From positions 4,712,001 through 4,776,000 of the forward strand of contig JANJGN010000034.1 of assembly GCA_026770705.1 (NCBI GenBank): 64,000 bases of DNA, written 5' to 3'. Under the pieces are notes generated by a model that made no database searches, had not been told where the DNA came from, and was given only the letters and a program-made list of their open reading frames with translations. This DNA is from Isurus oxyrinchus (lineage: Eukaryota). Positions 52,031 through 64,000 of this stretch are shown one piece after another (position 1 is the first letter of the stretch; each line of letters starts with the position of its first letter). The position numbers were made by a program, and so were the translations under genes.

Positions 52031-55000
52031 TAAATTCGGAATGCTGCACATGACAAAACAACATAAGTGCGTGTTTAGGCCTTTTGACTCCTTATACCTC
52101 TCTCCTGCCCCATCGAAATTCAAATCAATTACAGGGGATTTGAACTTGGAAATTTTTCCGAATTGTGCGTCCTCCACATGACACTTAAGTTCGTGATAGT
52201 CCAAAAAGCTGCCTATTTGGCGTTCAATATATTCAGTTACGCAGCCACAAATATTCCCTGTGGCAGAAAATTACCATTTTCACAAGGTGACGTGATTAGA
52301 AATTCCACTTCTTTTCCATTAAAAACCGTATAACTAATACATGACAGAAGCAGATCATTTGGACAGTTCTGTCTGTGCCGGCTTAATTCATTCATATATT
52401 TGATACCTCTACGATTTGATCGACGAGAATAGCATGGCGATGCCTGAACTAATTTATCCAGGATATGGATTGTTGCTTTTGCATTGAGGTGGAGATAAGG
52501 AGCCTTAAGGGGGTCAATGAACTCAAACACGAGGCAACGTGAGGAGCTGAGGTAGAGGACGGAATTATTTAGATTAAGAAGTCATTTGTTACCGAGTCCA
52601 GGGTGCAAGGAAGTTAATATATTTGCATGACATTTTTTTTTGTTCTCAGTTGATCAGGAGAAATCAAGACCTATTTGTTCTCTCTCGTTATGCAGAATGA
52701 TATGGAAATGATATCTTCCCTCCATGGTGAATCTTTTTGAAGCACTATATTTCTGAGTTAGTGAGTTAAAACTTTGGAAAAAAAAGTGTGCATTGGAGCT
52801 AATGCATTTAAAGCCTGCTTTTTGTCCAGCTGTTATTCGTTTTCTTTAGCATCAGAAAAGTTGAGTATGTGGCCTGTCCTAAAAAGTACACTAGAAGCTT
52901 TTTCTCATTCTGGGCACAGCATTACCATTATAATGTTAAATGCTGAGCTCTGAAATTGCTAGAAGTGATAGGGAAAGGAGCACAGTATACGCACCTTTCA
53001 TGCTGCATTGACGTGGAGGTCTAGTTTATGATCAGTATTCCAAAACACAGCTCTTGTGTTATTTTTGGTGAGATGAAGAAGGCAGACGTTCTTATCTACA
53101 TGTTAGAATAAGTGGTTACCTCTGGAATTTTTGCAGTCTCGGAAGTGCTTTATTTAGGACTGAATTTCTCAGCTGGATCCAAGAAATCCTACCTCATAAT
53201 TTCAAATAAAAAAAGGGTCCTCTCGGTCATGTTATGGAATACATTAAGCCGTCAGCTCAGCAACTCGGATACGGATTTCATGTTCATCTTCATATTGGTG
53301 GTTATGGGAACTTCCCAAAAGCAAAATGCTATTCTATATATTGCAATTGAAAAGACATTGTACGAAGCTCTTTTGGATAGGCTAATGTTTCTTCAGGGAG
53401 ATATGCTGGCTGAGAACATAGGCGAAATCCATCACACTTCATTATACCAATGACACAACACGTTTAACGACAAATATGTTGAAGCATGTGAGACATCAAT
53501 TTACTGCTTCCTTATGAAGATCACATGTCAAAAACTCATTCATTACTCCCCTGGAGCTTTACCTTAGGTATGTTCTTTTTTTCTCAGTTCAATTAATTCA
53601 TAATTTAGCCTGGAACCCTCATACTGGTACAAAAATATTACCCATCGACACACAACTTATAATAAAGGTGGGTATAAACACCTGCAGTAGTCCAATAAAA
53701 ACTCCCAGGTTTGTATTCCAGAGACGTAAACAGCAAACTAATTTGGGGCTCTAAATAATAATTCAGCTTAGAAAGCCTTAGTTCCTGTTTTCCTCCCCGA
53801 TAATTATGTTTCTTACTCAGCAGATGAGAAATGGTCATAAATGACACATGTTATTTTGTACTTAAATAAAGGCATGAATATTAATTAATAATAGCCAAAC
53901 GCTATCTAAGTGACTTGCGGAACATATTATTTTAAATGGTCTTCAGTTAAGTTAATTGTCTTTTCCCATTTTGTAAAGCTTTGCTGAGATGTGAGACGGA
54001 GTGGAAATCATTAGCCTCCATACCTGAGGAAGGTCTCATAACATTCGAGGAAGCGCAAGTGTTCACGAGTCTGATTCCTCCTGTGGCGTGATTGTTCAAT
54101 CAGAAGAGATTGTGTAAACCATTTTGTTTTTCACTTCCCAGAGTTTAGAAGCATGAGAGATCATCACATTGAAGCATATGTTAAAATATGTTATCAACAT
54201 GCAGGATTGGATTGATAATTCTGAGTAGCGTTGGTGCGAAACAATTGACAGACAAGATTCAACCACTCAGAAGACACTTATGAAAATTGAAAAAAAAAGC
54301 AAGACAAGAATCCGCACCGATTCTACCCCAATTACACTGGATCGGTACTATTTATAGGGTAACTCCCACAACAAAGTGTGCACAGGGTTATCATATACAA
54401 TGTTCACGGCAGCAACTTACGAATTCTCCTTTGATGGCAATTGCCAGTACAAAAACTCTACCACCAATAATTGCAAGGGCATAAACGGCACTGGGATACC
54501 GTAACCCGGAACTTTCCTCCAAGACACAATTCTGCCCGAATAGGAACTGCAATGCTGTTCCTACAAAATGACGCGCTAACAACCTTTTATCCCTTTATTA
54601 AACACAGACAAAAACACTCACACATACACACGCACACGCACAATCACGCACAAACTGTTGGTCAGGCACTGCAATGATCAGAGTCCTACGACTACATTCT
54701 CAAGGTCATTGATGGATATTCTTACATAAATATGTCCGCTGATGAAACTTAAATTCATGGTTGTAGTCCCAGAAAAGATTTTGGCATCAGAAAACTAAGA
54801 TTAAAATACATTTCTTCAGATAGGAAGAGAAAATTAAGTTTTACCTAAAGCAGATGACTGTAGCTGAACTATTACTAAGAACAGAAAGGTGGCTGTATAT
54901 TTGGGCTGGAAACAAAGCAAATTAATGAAGTAGACAGCTTTCTGAATGGTGGGGTCGAAGGGGAAGACGTGTAAAGATTTTCTTGAAGTGAGAAAAAGTC

Positions 55001-56277
55001 TGAAATGGCCAAATTGCCTTCTGTTGCTCCAATTCCATATGCTCTTAACGTTATACACGACTTAATTATCTCAACTCGTGACTCGCTCTATCGACAATGC
55101 TATCCAATTCACTTGGAGCAGACTGATCTGAGGCCTGATATTAGTAATGCATTGGCTTGCAAAAATTATAAATTTCAGTCTTGAAATACGCTTCTGAAAA
55201 CGTCCGGCTTCACAAAGGAGAGAAAGTTCCAGAATTTTGCCAGCTGCTGTGAAAGCTGAGCAGTCTAGCCATTATGATATGTTTTTTTTTGTACACCCCA
55301 GGGGGCGGTGAGGTGTTGCACTTCTTCATTCGCCATATAGAAGATCAGGACAGTTTCACATTTAAATTAACCTGTTTTTTAAGTAGGAAACATTTTATTC
55401 TCCTGGCCAGCATCATGCAGATTAAACACCAGAGGTTTGACATTCAGCCCAGATTCATTTGCCAGAATCGAAAATCTCATCAATGTGTATAATCATAATT
55501 AATATGATAATGCTTATTATTGCTATTATTCGTTAGTGGGATTTAGGATTTGTTGATAAGTCCAGCTTCAATTGTTCAAACGGCATAACGCTGGAGAATT
55601 ATGTTGTGGACCACACCTTCAAACACTCCAGTCCAAGTGTTTTCACTAACAAAACAGTGTTGTTCGGGTGAGAGTTCAGGGCTATGCCCAGATAAGGGCC
55701 GTGTGCGAATTTAGGGAAATCTGCATTTGGCATTGTTCCAAGGCATCTATCTTTCTTGTTCTTCTATGTGCTACGGACTGCCTGCCTAATTGGAAGGTAC
55801 TGTCGAATGAGGCTCTGTTACTAGACACAGTTTATCTTGCAGACAACAAAACTACTTTGCATTGTTCTTTGAGGAATTGAATGAAAAACATCTGTGACAC
55901 GTGAGGATGATATTAAATTCATAAGATAGATTTTTGTTATTGTTAGAGTAAGAAATTTCGAAGCAAGTGAAGACTATAGCGTCAGACGACTTATTGTTGC
56001 TTTGAAATCGATCTCTTGGAAAAATTGAATGTTTTTAATCGTAGGAAAATTTCAAGCATATACATCTATTCTTGCACATAAGTGGCTAGCCAGGTGTCAG
56101 TTCATTTTTGTAAATAAGAGATTTGATGGCAAACGATTGAGAGATAGCACGGCTATTTTATTTAAATGTGGTGCATTTCGATTACATTGCGCTGCAGATG
56201 CAATTGCACAGCCTGTATTATATTTGTAAGTGATCAGACCAAGCCAGCTATTTTTTTTTTTTTTACAAATTTTGCAG

Positions 56278-56402
56278 ATTCAGGACATTCACATGTCAGT
56301 CAATACGTTGAATTAAAGGATGCTGATGAAGAAACTAAGCAGTATTTGACAAAGGAAATCACACGGAGAAGTTCTGGTAATGATGGCCTATATCTAGAAT
56401 GA
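56278..56402 (+). CDS. Probable last (or penultimate) coding exon: DSGHSHVSQYVELKDADEETKQYLTKEITRRSSGNDGLYLE*, with ITIM-like SQYVEL
   Basis: Long T tract + tttgcag acceptor; phase-1 entry matches the microexons; open, protein-like composition. Stop at 56400-56402; a possible internal donor TCTG|gtaatg after 56376 would give a 99-nt symmetric exon. Confidence 0.65.
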
Positions 56403-56449
56403 TTGTCAACTAACAGGCATAACAATGATTTGTTGTTTCAACGACAAAC

Positions 56450-57240
56450 AAAGAAAAGTACAGCACAGGAACAGGCCCTCCGGCCCTCCAAGCCTTCGTC
56501 GATCATATTGCCTTCCGAACTAAAACATTTTGCTCACCTGAGAACCGTATACCTCTATTCCCATCGTATTCATGCATTTGTCCATCTGCCTCTTAAACAT
56601 CAATATCTTACCTGCTTCCACCATCTCCTCCTAGAGCGAATTGTAGGCACTTACGACCCTCTGCATAAAAATAGATTGCCCTGCACATCTCCTCTAAAGT
56701 ATCCACCTCTCGCTGTAAATCTATGTGCCCTAGCAATTGATGCTTCCACTCTGGGATAAAGCTTCTGACTATCTGCACTTTCCATGCCAATAATAATTTT
56801 GTAAACTTCTATCAATTCGCCCATCAATCGCCGTGGCTCTAGTGAGAATAATCCCTGTTTCTCCAAACTCTCCTCATAGCTAATTACCTCCAGACCAGGC
56901 AGTATCTTGGAAAACCTCCTTTGCACCCTTGCCAATGCCTCCGTACCTTTTTAGTAATGTGGCCACCAGAATTGCACGCAATATTCCAAGTGTGTCCTAA
57001 GGAAGATCTTATGCATCTGCAGCATGACTTTCCAGCTTTGACACTCAATACCCTGCGGATGAAGTTAACATGCCATCTGCCTTCCTGACTACCTTATTCA
57101 CCTGCGTTGCCACATTCAGTGAATTCTGGACCTGCACACGCAGGAATCTCTGCCTCTCGATGCACTTAAGGGTTCTGCCATTTACTGAATAATTCCTACC
57201 TATTTCACAACTATAAACAGCGCAACATTTCCATTTCATT
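56450..57240 (-). mobile_element. Relatively young CR1 3' fragment, antisense
   Basis: ORF 56651-56935 RVQRRFSKILPGLEVISYEESLEKQGLFSLEPRRLMGELIEVYKII; ORF 57045 VATQVNKVVRKA. Confidence 0.92.
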
Positions 57241-59379
57241 CCTACTGAGTTGTGAGTTGTTAATGTAAAACTTGATTCAAACTTCATCACTGAAATTTAA
57301 CTATTTTCTGTATGTTCGAGGCAAAGTTAAAAGTGAGTTCCTGAAGGCGGGAAGGTCTCTGGCTCAAGTCCAATTGATCATCGCCGAGTTGTTAGTGGCG
57401 ATTCATTGTTCTCTCAATGGAAACATCCATAACGAAACTGATCGTTGAGACTAATCTATTGCAGAGCAATTTTGTATGGATCATCCTTACTTTTTTATGA
57501 ACAAGGCATATCTAGCACAACTTATCATTTCAGTTCAGAGATATAAATGGATGGTAAAGCGTAGTTCTGGTTCTGAGTCTCCAGTGCTACAGCTTGGATT
57601 TTTACAAGGGAGACTTGTAATGAGGGGCGTTTCATGAGATCATTTTGTATAAACGTAAGTGATTTGATGCTCACACTTATATTGTTATGGAAGTCATGAC
57701 ATGGACGAGATCGAAAAATATTGTTACCACTGCATTACCATCATCACAGACTCGCCATAAAACTATTTGTTCACTGAAGGGAACAGCTTTCCCCATCCAA
57801 TATTTTTTTTTTTTTTGCTATGTTCTCACGCTCCCGTTCAAATCACTGTGCTGCCTCTCCCGTTCCGAAACTCCACAATGAACTCCAACCTAAAATCCTT
57901 TGGTTTCTCTGCAATATGACTCTTCTGAGCTTTTGTGCAACCGAGTTTTCCTTCATCACATCGCCTCTTGTTGTCGATTCATTTAGACAAGGCCTAAACT
58001 CTCATTTTAATCTGTAAGCTTCTACGTGGCTATACTTCCCTCCTACATTTAAACTCATCAAAACTTACCAGCTTTCAATTCGGATTTGCAGAAACTGTCA
58101 GCTGCACAGAATTCTAAAATGCAATCTGCATCAATTGCAAGCGCACAACTCTGAAATGAAATGGACTGAGCATCATATGGCTGGGGAAATAAAAGAGAGT
58201 GCAGTGAGTACTCTCCAAAAATGCAAACTAGGAATAACATGCCATCCATCGGCATGAATATGGATTTTTGTCCCTACATGCTTATTCTACATGAAAGTGA
58301 AAGTTCTGCATTCAATGCCCATCTGTTCGGAAGTCTGAGTGAACATATCCTGAAATGGAGCATTCCAATTAGCTTCCTTTACTTGATGTGCTCGTTGAGA
58401 AAAATGATGGTTCTTTCCAGCATTCTACTAAAATCTTATATTTACTCGGTGCCAAACATTACTGGATTTCTGCCGTTCAACATGCTTTAAGATTCATACT
58501 ACCGACAATGACATAAATGGTGTCTAAGGCATTTGCTAGCTGTGCTAGCTTCATCTCGATAGAGGTCACATCGAATCCAACCTGGAAGCATGAGTAAACT
58601 GATCAGGTCATTGCTGGTCATCAGTCGTGCAGGCTCATGTAAGTGCATAATGCCACCACTTTGGATCCGGAGAATTAATCAATCTACTTCACAATGCCCT
58701 GAAAAGGCAAAATTTCTCTGAAACGGGAGTAACAAGTGAATGGCGCCTTTTCCCTTTGCTTCTATAAAATACCAGCATGAATCGCATTCGCCAGTAACAT
58801 GCTACTCCGTCAAACCAGAAAGATGTTCTGCCAATAACACAAATGAATAAGGTGATATACGATTTTCAGTGCACGTGTAAAGATAGGATTTCAGGCCATA
58901 AGTCCCAAAGGCTGGCGGATTGTATCAACTATATATTACTTTAGCACATGCAAAATAGTGACGAGAAACAACTAGCCATTGATTGTGATACTTCATACGG
59001 AGTGCATTAGTTGCGAAGCTCTATTTGGACAAAAGTTGCTAAAAGAAAATCCTGAGTGTGCCTTAGAGTAGCAATTAATATTATCAGTCCAATTCGCTGT
59101 TTGGCTCACTTAAGTGTGCTGGAAGCTGAATAAATTCATGGAGATAACCTTTCCCTTTGCAGGCAGGAAGAACAGGTGCACAGATTTTGCCTTTTTCAAC
59201 TTTGCAACATTGGCAATAGCAAGTCCCTGGTTCATTCCCCGGATGACTAATTATAAGCAGCCAGCCAGATTTATTTATTTTTTTTTAAAAAGCTTAGCAG
59301 TTAGCTGCCAGTTAGCACTTCATGATTGCTTTACCCATGCCAATACCCGTGCCAATCAGAGACCACTGGCCCTTCACTG

Positions 59380-61750
59380 GCTGGGGCAGCATTTATTTCC
59401 CGTTCCTAGTTGCCTTAAGAAGGTGGTGAACTGCCTTCTCGAACCACTGCAGCCCAGTACTCTGTGAAGAAGGGAGGTTTATCATTTTAACGCAGAGACG
59501 ATGAAAGAACGACAATATATTTCCAAGTCAGGATGTTGATTGACATGAAGAGGAATTTCCAAGTGGCGGTGTCCCCATCTTTCCGTTGCCCTTGTATTTA
59601 TAAATGTTAGCGGGTAATGGATTTGGAAGGTGCTGTGGAAGGACGCTTGGTGAATTCCTGCAGTAAATATTGCATATGATTCAAACTGCTGCTACTGCAT
59701 ATGGATTGTGGAGGGAGTGAATGTTTGTGGATCTGGTGCCATTGAAGCAGGCTACTTTGTCCTGAACGGTGTCAAGCTTTCTGAATATTTTAGGAGGTGC
59801 AGTCATCCAGGCAAGCGGGGTCTGTTCTATCTCACTCCCAGAATGTGCCGAGTAGATGGTTGACAGATTTTGGGGTGTATGGTGTTGAATTAATCATCAC
59901 ACGATTCCTAGTCTCTAAACTGCTCTTGTTGCCATGGTATTTATATATCTAGCCCAGTTCACTTTATTTTCAATGGTAACCCCAAGGACGTTAAAAATAT
60001 GGGACTCCATCATCGCAATACCATTGAAGATCAAGTGGCGGTGGTTGTATTTTCCTCTGTTGCAGGTAGTCATTGCCTGACATTTGAGTGACACGACCGT
60101 TCCTTGCCACTTGTCAGATGAAACCTGAATATTGTCCAGGTCTTGCTGTATTTTGGAATGGACCTCTTCCGTACCTGGTGAGTCAAGAATGGTAGAGATC
60201 ATTGGCAATCATTCGTAAGCATCCCCACTTCAGGCCTTTTGATGGAAACAACGGTATTTGTGAAGGGGCCTAAGATGGTTGGGCCGAGGGCACTTCCCTG
60301 ACGCACCTGTGTGGTCATGCACTGGAGTTGAAATGACGAACTTCCGGCAATCATAACCAAATTCTTTCGTGGTGGATATAACTCCAACCAATGGAGATTT
60401 TCCCCACTGATTAGCATTGACGCCTGTTTTGCTCTAGCTCCTTGGTGTCAGTTTATGTCAAAAGAGGCCTTGATGTCAAAGGCAGTCACTCTCACCTGAC
60501 CTCGGGAGTTCAGCTCTTTCATTCATGTTAGGACAAAACCCGAATGAGTTCTAAAACTGCGTTGGCCTGCCGAAGCCCAAACTGCACATCAGTTTGCAGT
60601 TTATTGCTACGCCAGTACATCTGGGGAGCTGTACATCTTCCATTACATTACTCATGATAGAGAGGAGACCAATGGCGCAGTAATTAGTAGGATTGGATTT
60701 GACCTGACTTTTGTGAACAGGACTTTTCGGAACTTTTCCACTTAGCTGCGTAGATGTCAGTATTGTAGCTGTTCATTAGGGGCACGGCATATTCTGGAAC
60801 CCATTCTGCAGTTATAATGCCCTAATATTGTAATGGCCCACGGACTTTGCAGTGCCCAGTACCTTCAGCCGTTTCTTGATATCACGATGAATGAACCAAA
60901 TTGGCTGAAAGCTGGATTCTGTGATGCAGGAGACCTCTAGAGGAGGCCAGAATGGATCACCAACTCAGTAATTCTGGCTCAAAATTGTGGCAAATTATTT
61001 AGCCTTATCATTTTCACTGATGTGCTGAGCCCCCTCATCACTGAGCATCTGTACATTTGCTGAGCCCCTTCCTCCATTAAGTTGTTCAATTGCCCTCCAC
61101 AATTCACGACTGTATGTGGGGCGATTTTGTGGTGCATTGGTTGTGGGCTTGCTTAGTCCTGTATATCACTTGCTTATGTTTTTTTTTTTTTGCAGCCAAG
61201 TGGCACTAAATTATACATTCCCCAGATTGACACCTGTTTTTTGGGTATGCTTAGTCCAACTCACGGCATGCCCTCTTGAAATCTTCATTGAGACAGGATT
61301 GATCCCAGTGCTTGATGGTAAAGCTGAGCAGGGGATATGTCGGGCCATGAGGTGAAGTGTTTTTTTTTCTTGTTGGTTCCCACAGCACCTGCCGCAGAGC
61401 CAGTGTAGCCGCTATTTCATATTCTGTCAACTAGGTCAGTAATTGTGCTACTGATCCACCTTTGGTGATGGACACTTACACCCTCCAACCAGAATACATT
61501 CTATGCCATTGCCATCCTTAGTGTTTCCTTCAAGTGTTTTACAACTTCGAGGAACACTGATTCGTCAGCTGAAGGACGGCGGTACTTGATAATCATCAGG
61601 AGGCTTCCTTATTCATGTTTGACTGGATGACATTAAGTTCCGTGGGGTCTGTAGTCGATCCTGATGACCTCAAGGGAAACTCACTCCTTTGTGTTTCCAC
61701 TGAGACGCCAATTGCCCCTTGGTTCTGCCCTGCCAGTGGGAAAGGACATG
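59380..61750 (-). mobile_element. Long antisense copy of the CR1-clade LINE family
   Basis: IQQDLDNIQVSSDKWQ, LGVTI, VRQGSALGPT motifs; reverse complement of the family tail at ~59390-59430. Confidence 0.88.
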
Positions 61751-62199
61751 CACAGGAATGAATATGACCCAAACTCGTCACATGCTTTTCACGCAATATG
61801 TATTGCTGTTCCCCTTAAAAAAATTATTTCAGCGAATTGTGCTGAGGAGTGCAAGATGATAAACTTCGACAGTACGTGTCATTTTTGAGCAATTCCTAAG
61901 TTCTGTGCTGGTGAACGATTAAAAAAAAACATTGGGTTTTGGAGTCGCCTGCTAGGACAGCATTTGTTAATCACCCCTACATTCCCGTGCTCAGAGGGCA
62001 TTTAAAAGTCCACCATATAGTATGGGTCTGGGGTCATGTGTAGTCCAGACACAGCAATAAATTTAGATTTCATTAATTCAAGGACATTAGTGAACCATGT
62101 TAATAACTTAATTGCTCTTGATCTCATATCATCATGTTTTGAGCACACCAGTTTAGAAATATTTCCTGGCCTGAAGGAGGCGGACTGGACATTTTCATT

Positions 62200-62640
62200 T
62201 TTAAGCGGATAGAAACTATGGTGAGGGAACATATATTTGTGGATGGAGTAGACAATCTGCTCTTTTCCATACAAATAGCGGAGTTTCATGAGCAATTCTA
62301 CTTATGAAAATATGAGTATTGTTTGGAAAAGGCGAGAATATTCAATCGCCTTGAAGCTAGGTAACAGACGCGTGAAAATTAAGATCATTTCAGAAAGTAT
62401 GCTGGATGAAATGTGGAAACATCTTTGCACAGAGTTACCATTAAAACATTGGAGTGGTAAAAATCAGAACATTCTGGAAGCAGATGAAATTATAATTTGC
62501 AGAGTCAACTGGATAACTGGTTGAAGGCAAAATTGTGCTAGAGTATGGGAATAATGCAAGGGGTTTATGCTAAATCAATCAGTCTATCTGAGGGCCGGCA
62601 CTGGCTTAAATGGCCTTGAGCCAGTTTACTTCGCTGCATG
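62200..62640 (+). mobile_element. Degraded CR1 3' fragment
   Basis: Resembles the CR1 ORF2 end/3' UTR seen at 17020-17350. Confidence 0.5.
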
Positions 62641-64000
62641 AATCGATTGACTTTCTATCAATTGCTCACAGTTAAACTCGTACATGCTGGTTTCTCCAAA
62701 ATCCCAACAGGAATCATAAACATTCTAAGTGATTGCAGTGATTCAGTTTTCCTTTGTCCACATTATTTTGACTGAAACGTTGTGCAGTATTGCACAATTT
62801 AAACAACACAACTGAATGTTTTTTTTTTGCTTTGGCGACAATGCATAATTTCCCGATGACCTTTGTTGTTGAATGCAACGCGCTGGGCAGATCAAGTTGC
62901 TAACATTCCAGGCATGGGCATCAGAAATTACACTGAAAAGTGTGTTATTACTTGGGATGATTATGACCCCTGTCCCTGCAGGTTACCGTTGAAAATCCTA
63001 CTGCAGTTTCTTCAGAATATTATTATACTTAACATTATCCCTGCCAGGATCTGGGCTGCACATCAATATTGAAGGTGCAGTCATATAAGTTTTTAGACAT
63101 GCACCCACCTGCGCTCTCAGGTGACCATGATAGCACTATCTCTGACAGAAGGAACGATGCTCTTCGCAGTATGCGAGTGGATTATTTTCTCCACAAAAAA
63201 ATAATTTCAAACGTAGCATCCTTCATTCCCTCATGTGGCTGCTCGGTTTTCATGTGCAATTAACGAACTGGCGTTGTTCTTTTTCGACAAGGGAAGTCAA
63301 AGTAAGAATCACAGGGAAATTCATAACCATGAAAAGATCTGAGAGGATCAGAAGTACGAAGGTGCAACCAATATCAAGAGGATCGGTACCCAAAGGGCAT
63401 AGATAATAAGGCATTTGGCGAAAGAATCAGTCACCAGAAGTGACAAAAAATCACGTATAGGGAAAATAAATATTGTGCATCTGGAACTTACTGGAAGGAA
63501 GACCGTGCTCGTGTCAAAATCAATTCTTTCAATAAAGAAGTATTTAGTACAGATTTTCATTTGGGAAAAAAAAACAGGCGATGATTTAATTGCACATAAG
63601 CATATTCAAAATGGAGGGACAATTGCGTTAGTTCTATAAACACTTTCATGAAGTCGATGCGGCTATTAAGTGGCTAATTGTTTCATTCGCTACTGCAGGA
63701 TTCGATTGGATGGGAATTTAACTCTGCTCGGGGAATAATATTAGGTGCATCGTGTGGACCACCACTTTATTGACAACACTTGACATTTAGTTCTATTGAC
63801 TGCAGAATTTGTCTTTGTTGTCTGATAAGTTGCAAGAAAAATGCAGCTGTGTATTTTGTAACCTTGACAACGTCAAAACTACAAGAACAACAAAGCAAAA
63901 TGAGCAAATTGCGGGAAATCTTATTTCAAGTTATAACTTGTCCAATGATGAATATTGGTTGCACTATAATTGCACATTATGACAATTCTATTTTCCATCC

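Overview
This is AT-rich vertebrate genomic DNA, not prokaryotic. The CR1/L2-type LINE and tRNA-derived SINE relics look like those of cartilaginous fishes (shark/ray; inferred from repeat style). None of the long ORFs in the track is a complete gene; most are LINE fragments or chance ORFs. The real signal lies below the ORF cutoff. A plus-strand gene spans almost the whole window as widely spaced, frame-symmetric (phase 1-1) microexons that mostly alternate 36 nt and 27 nt. Each pair is 63 nt = 21 aa = three heptads. Spliced, they read as a Leu/Lys/Glu coiled coil (EVQKLKDSLDDQ-EQKLGKKDR-ELEKLRKKLEDY-EEKLNKEEK-ELKKLKENVNDH-GKELGKKEK-ELEKLRTNLQDC-QLKISKGSK-EIESLKKRLQGF-EAEALKNKLQEK-EEKLKLKEN-...). 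A larger exon at ~56.3 kb follows and carries an ITIM-like motif (SQYVEL). This resembles the heptad-microexon cytoplasmic tails of butyrophilin / chicken BG-type receptors. The 5' exons (Ig/TM, if any) are not in the window, so the identity is a hypothesis. One homologous 36-nt module has a TG instead of an AG acceptor. Introns are filled with LINE, SINE and MITE-like relics and simple repeats. Repeat boundaries are approximate.
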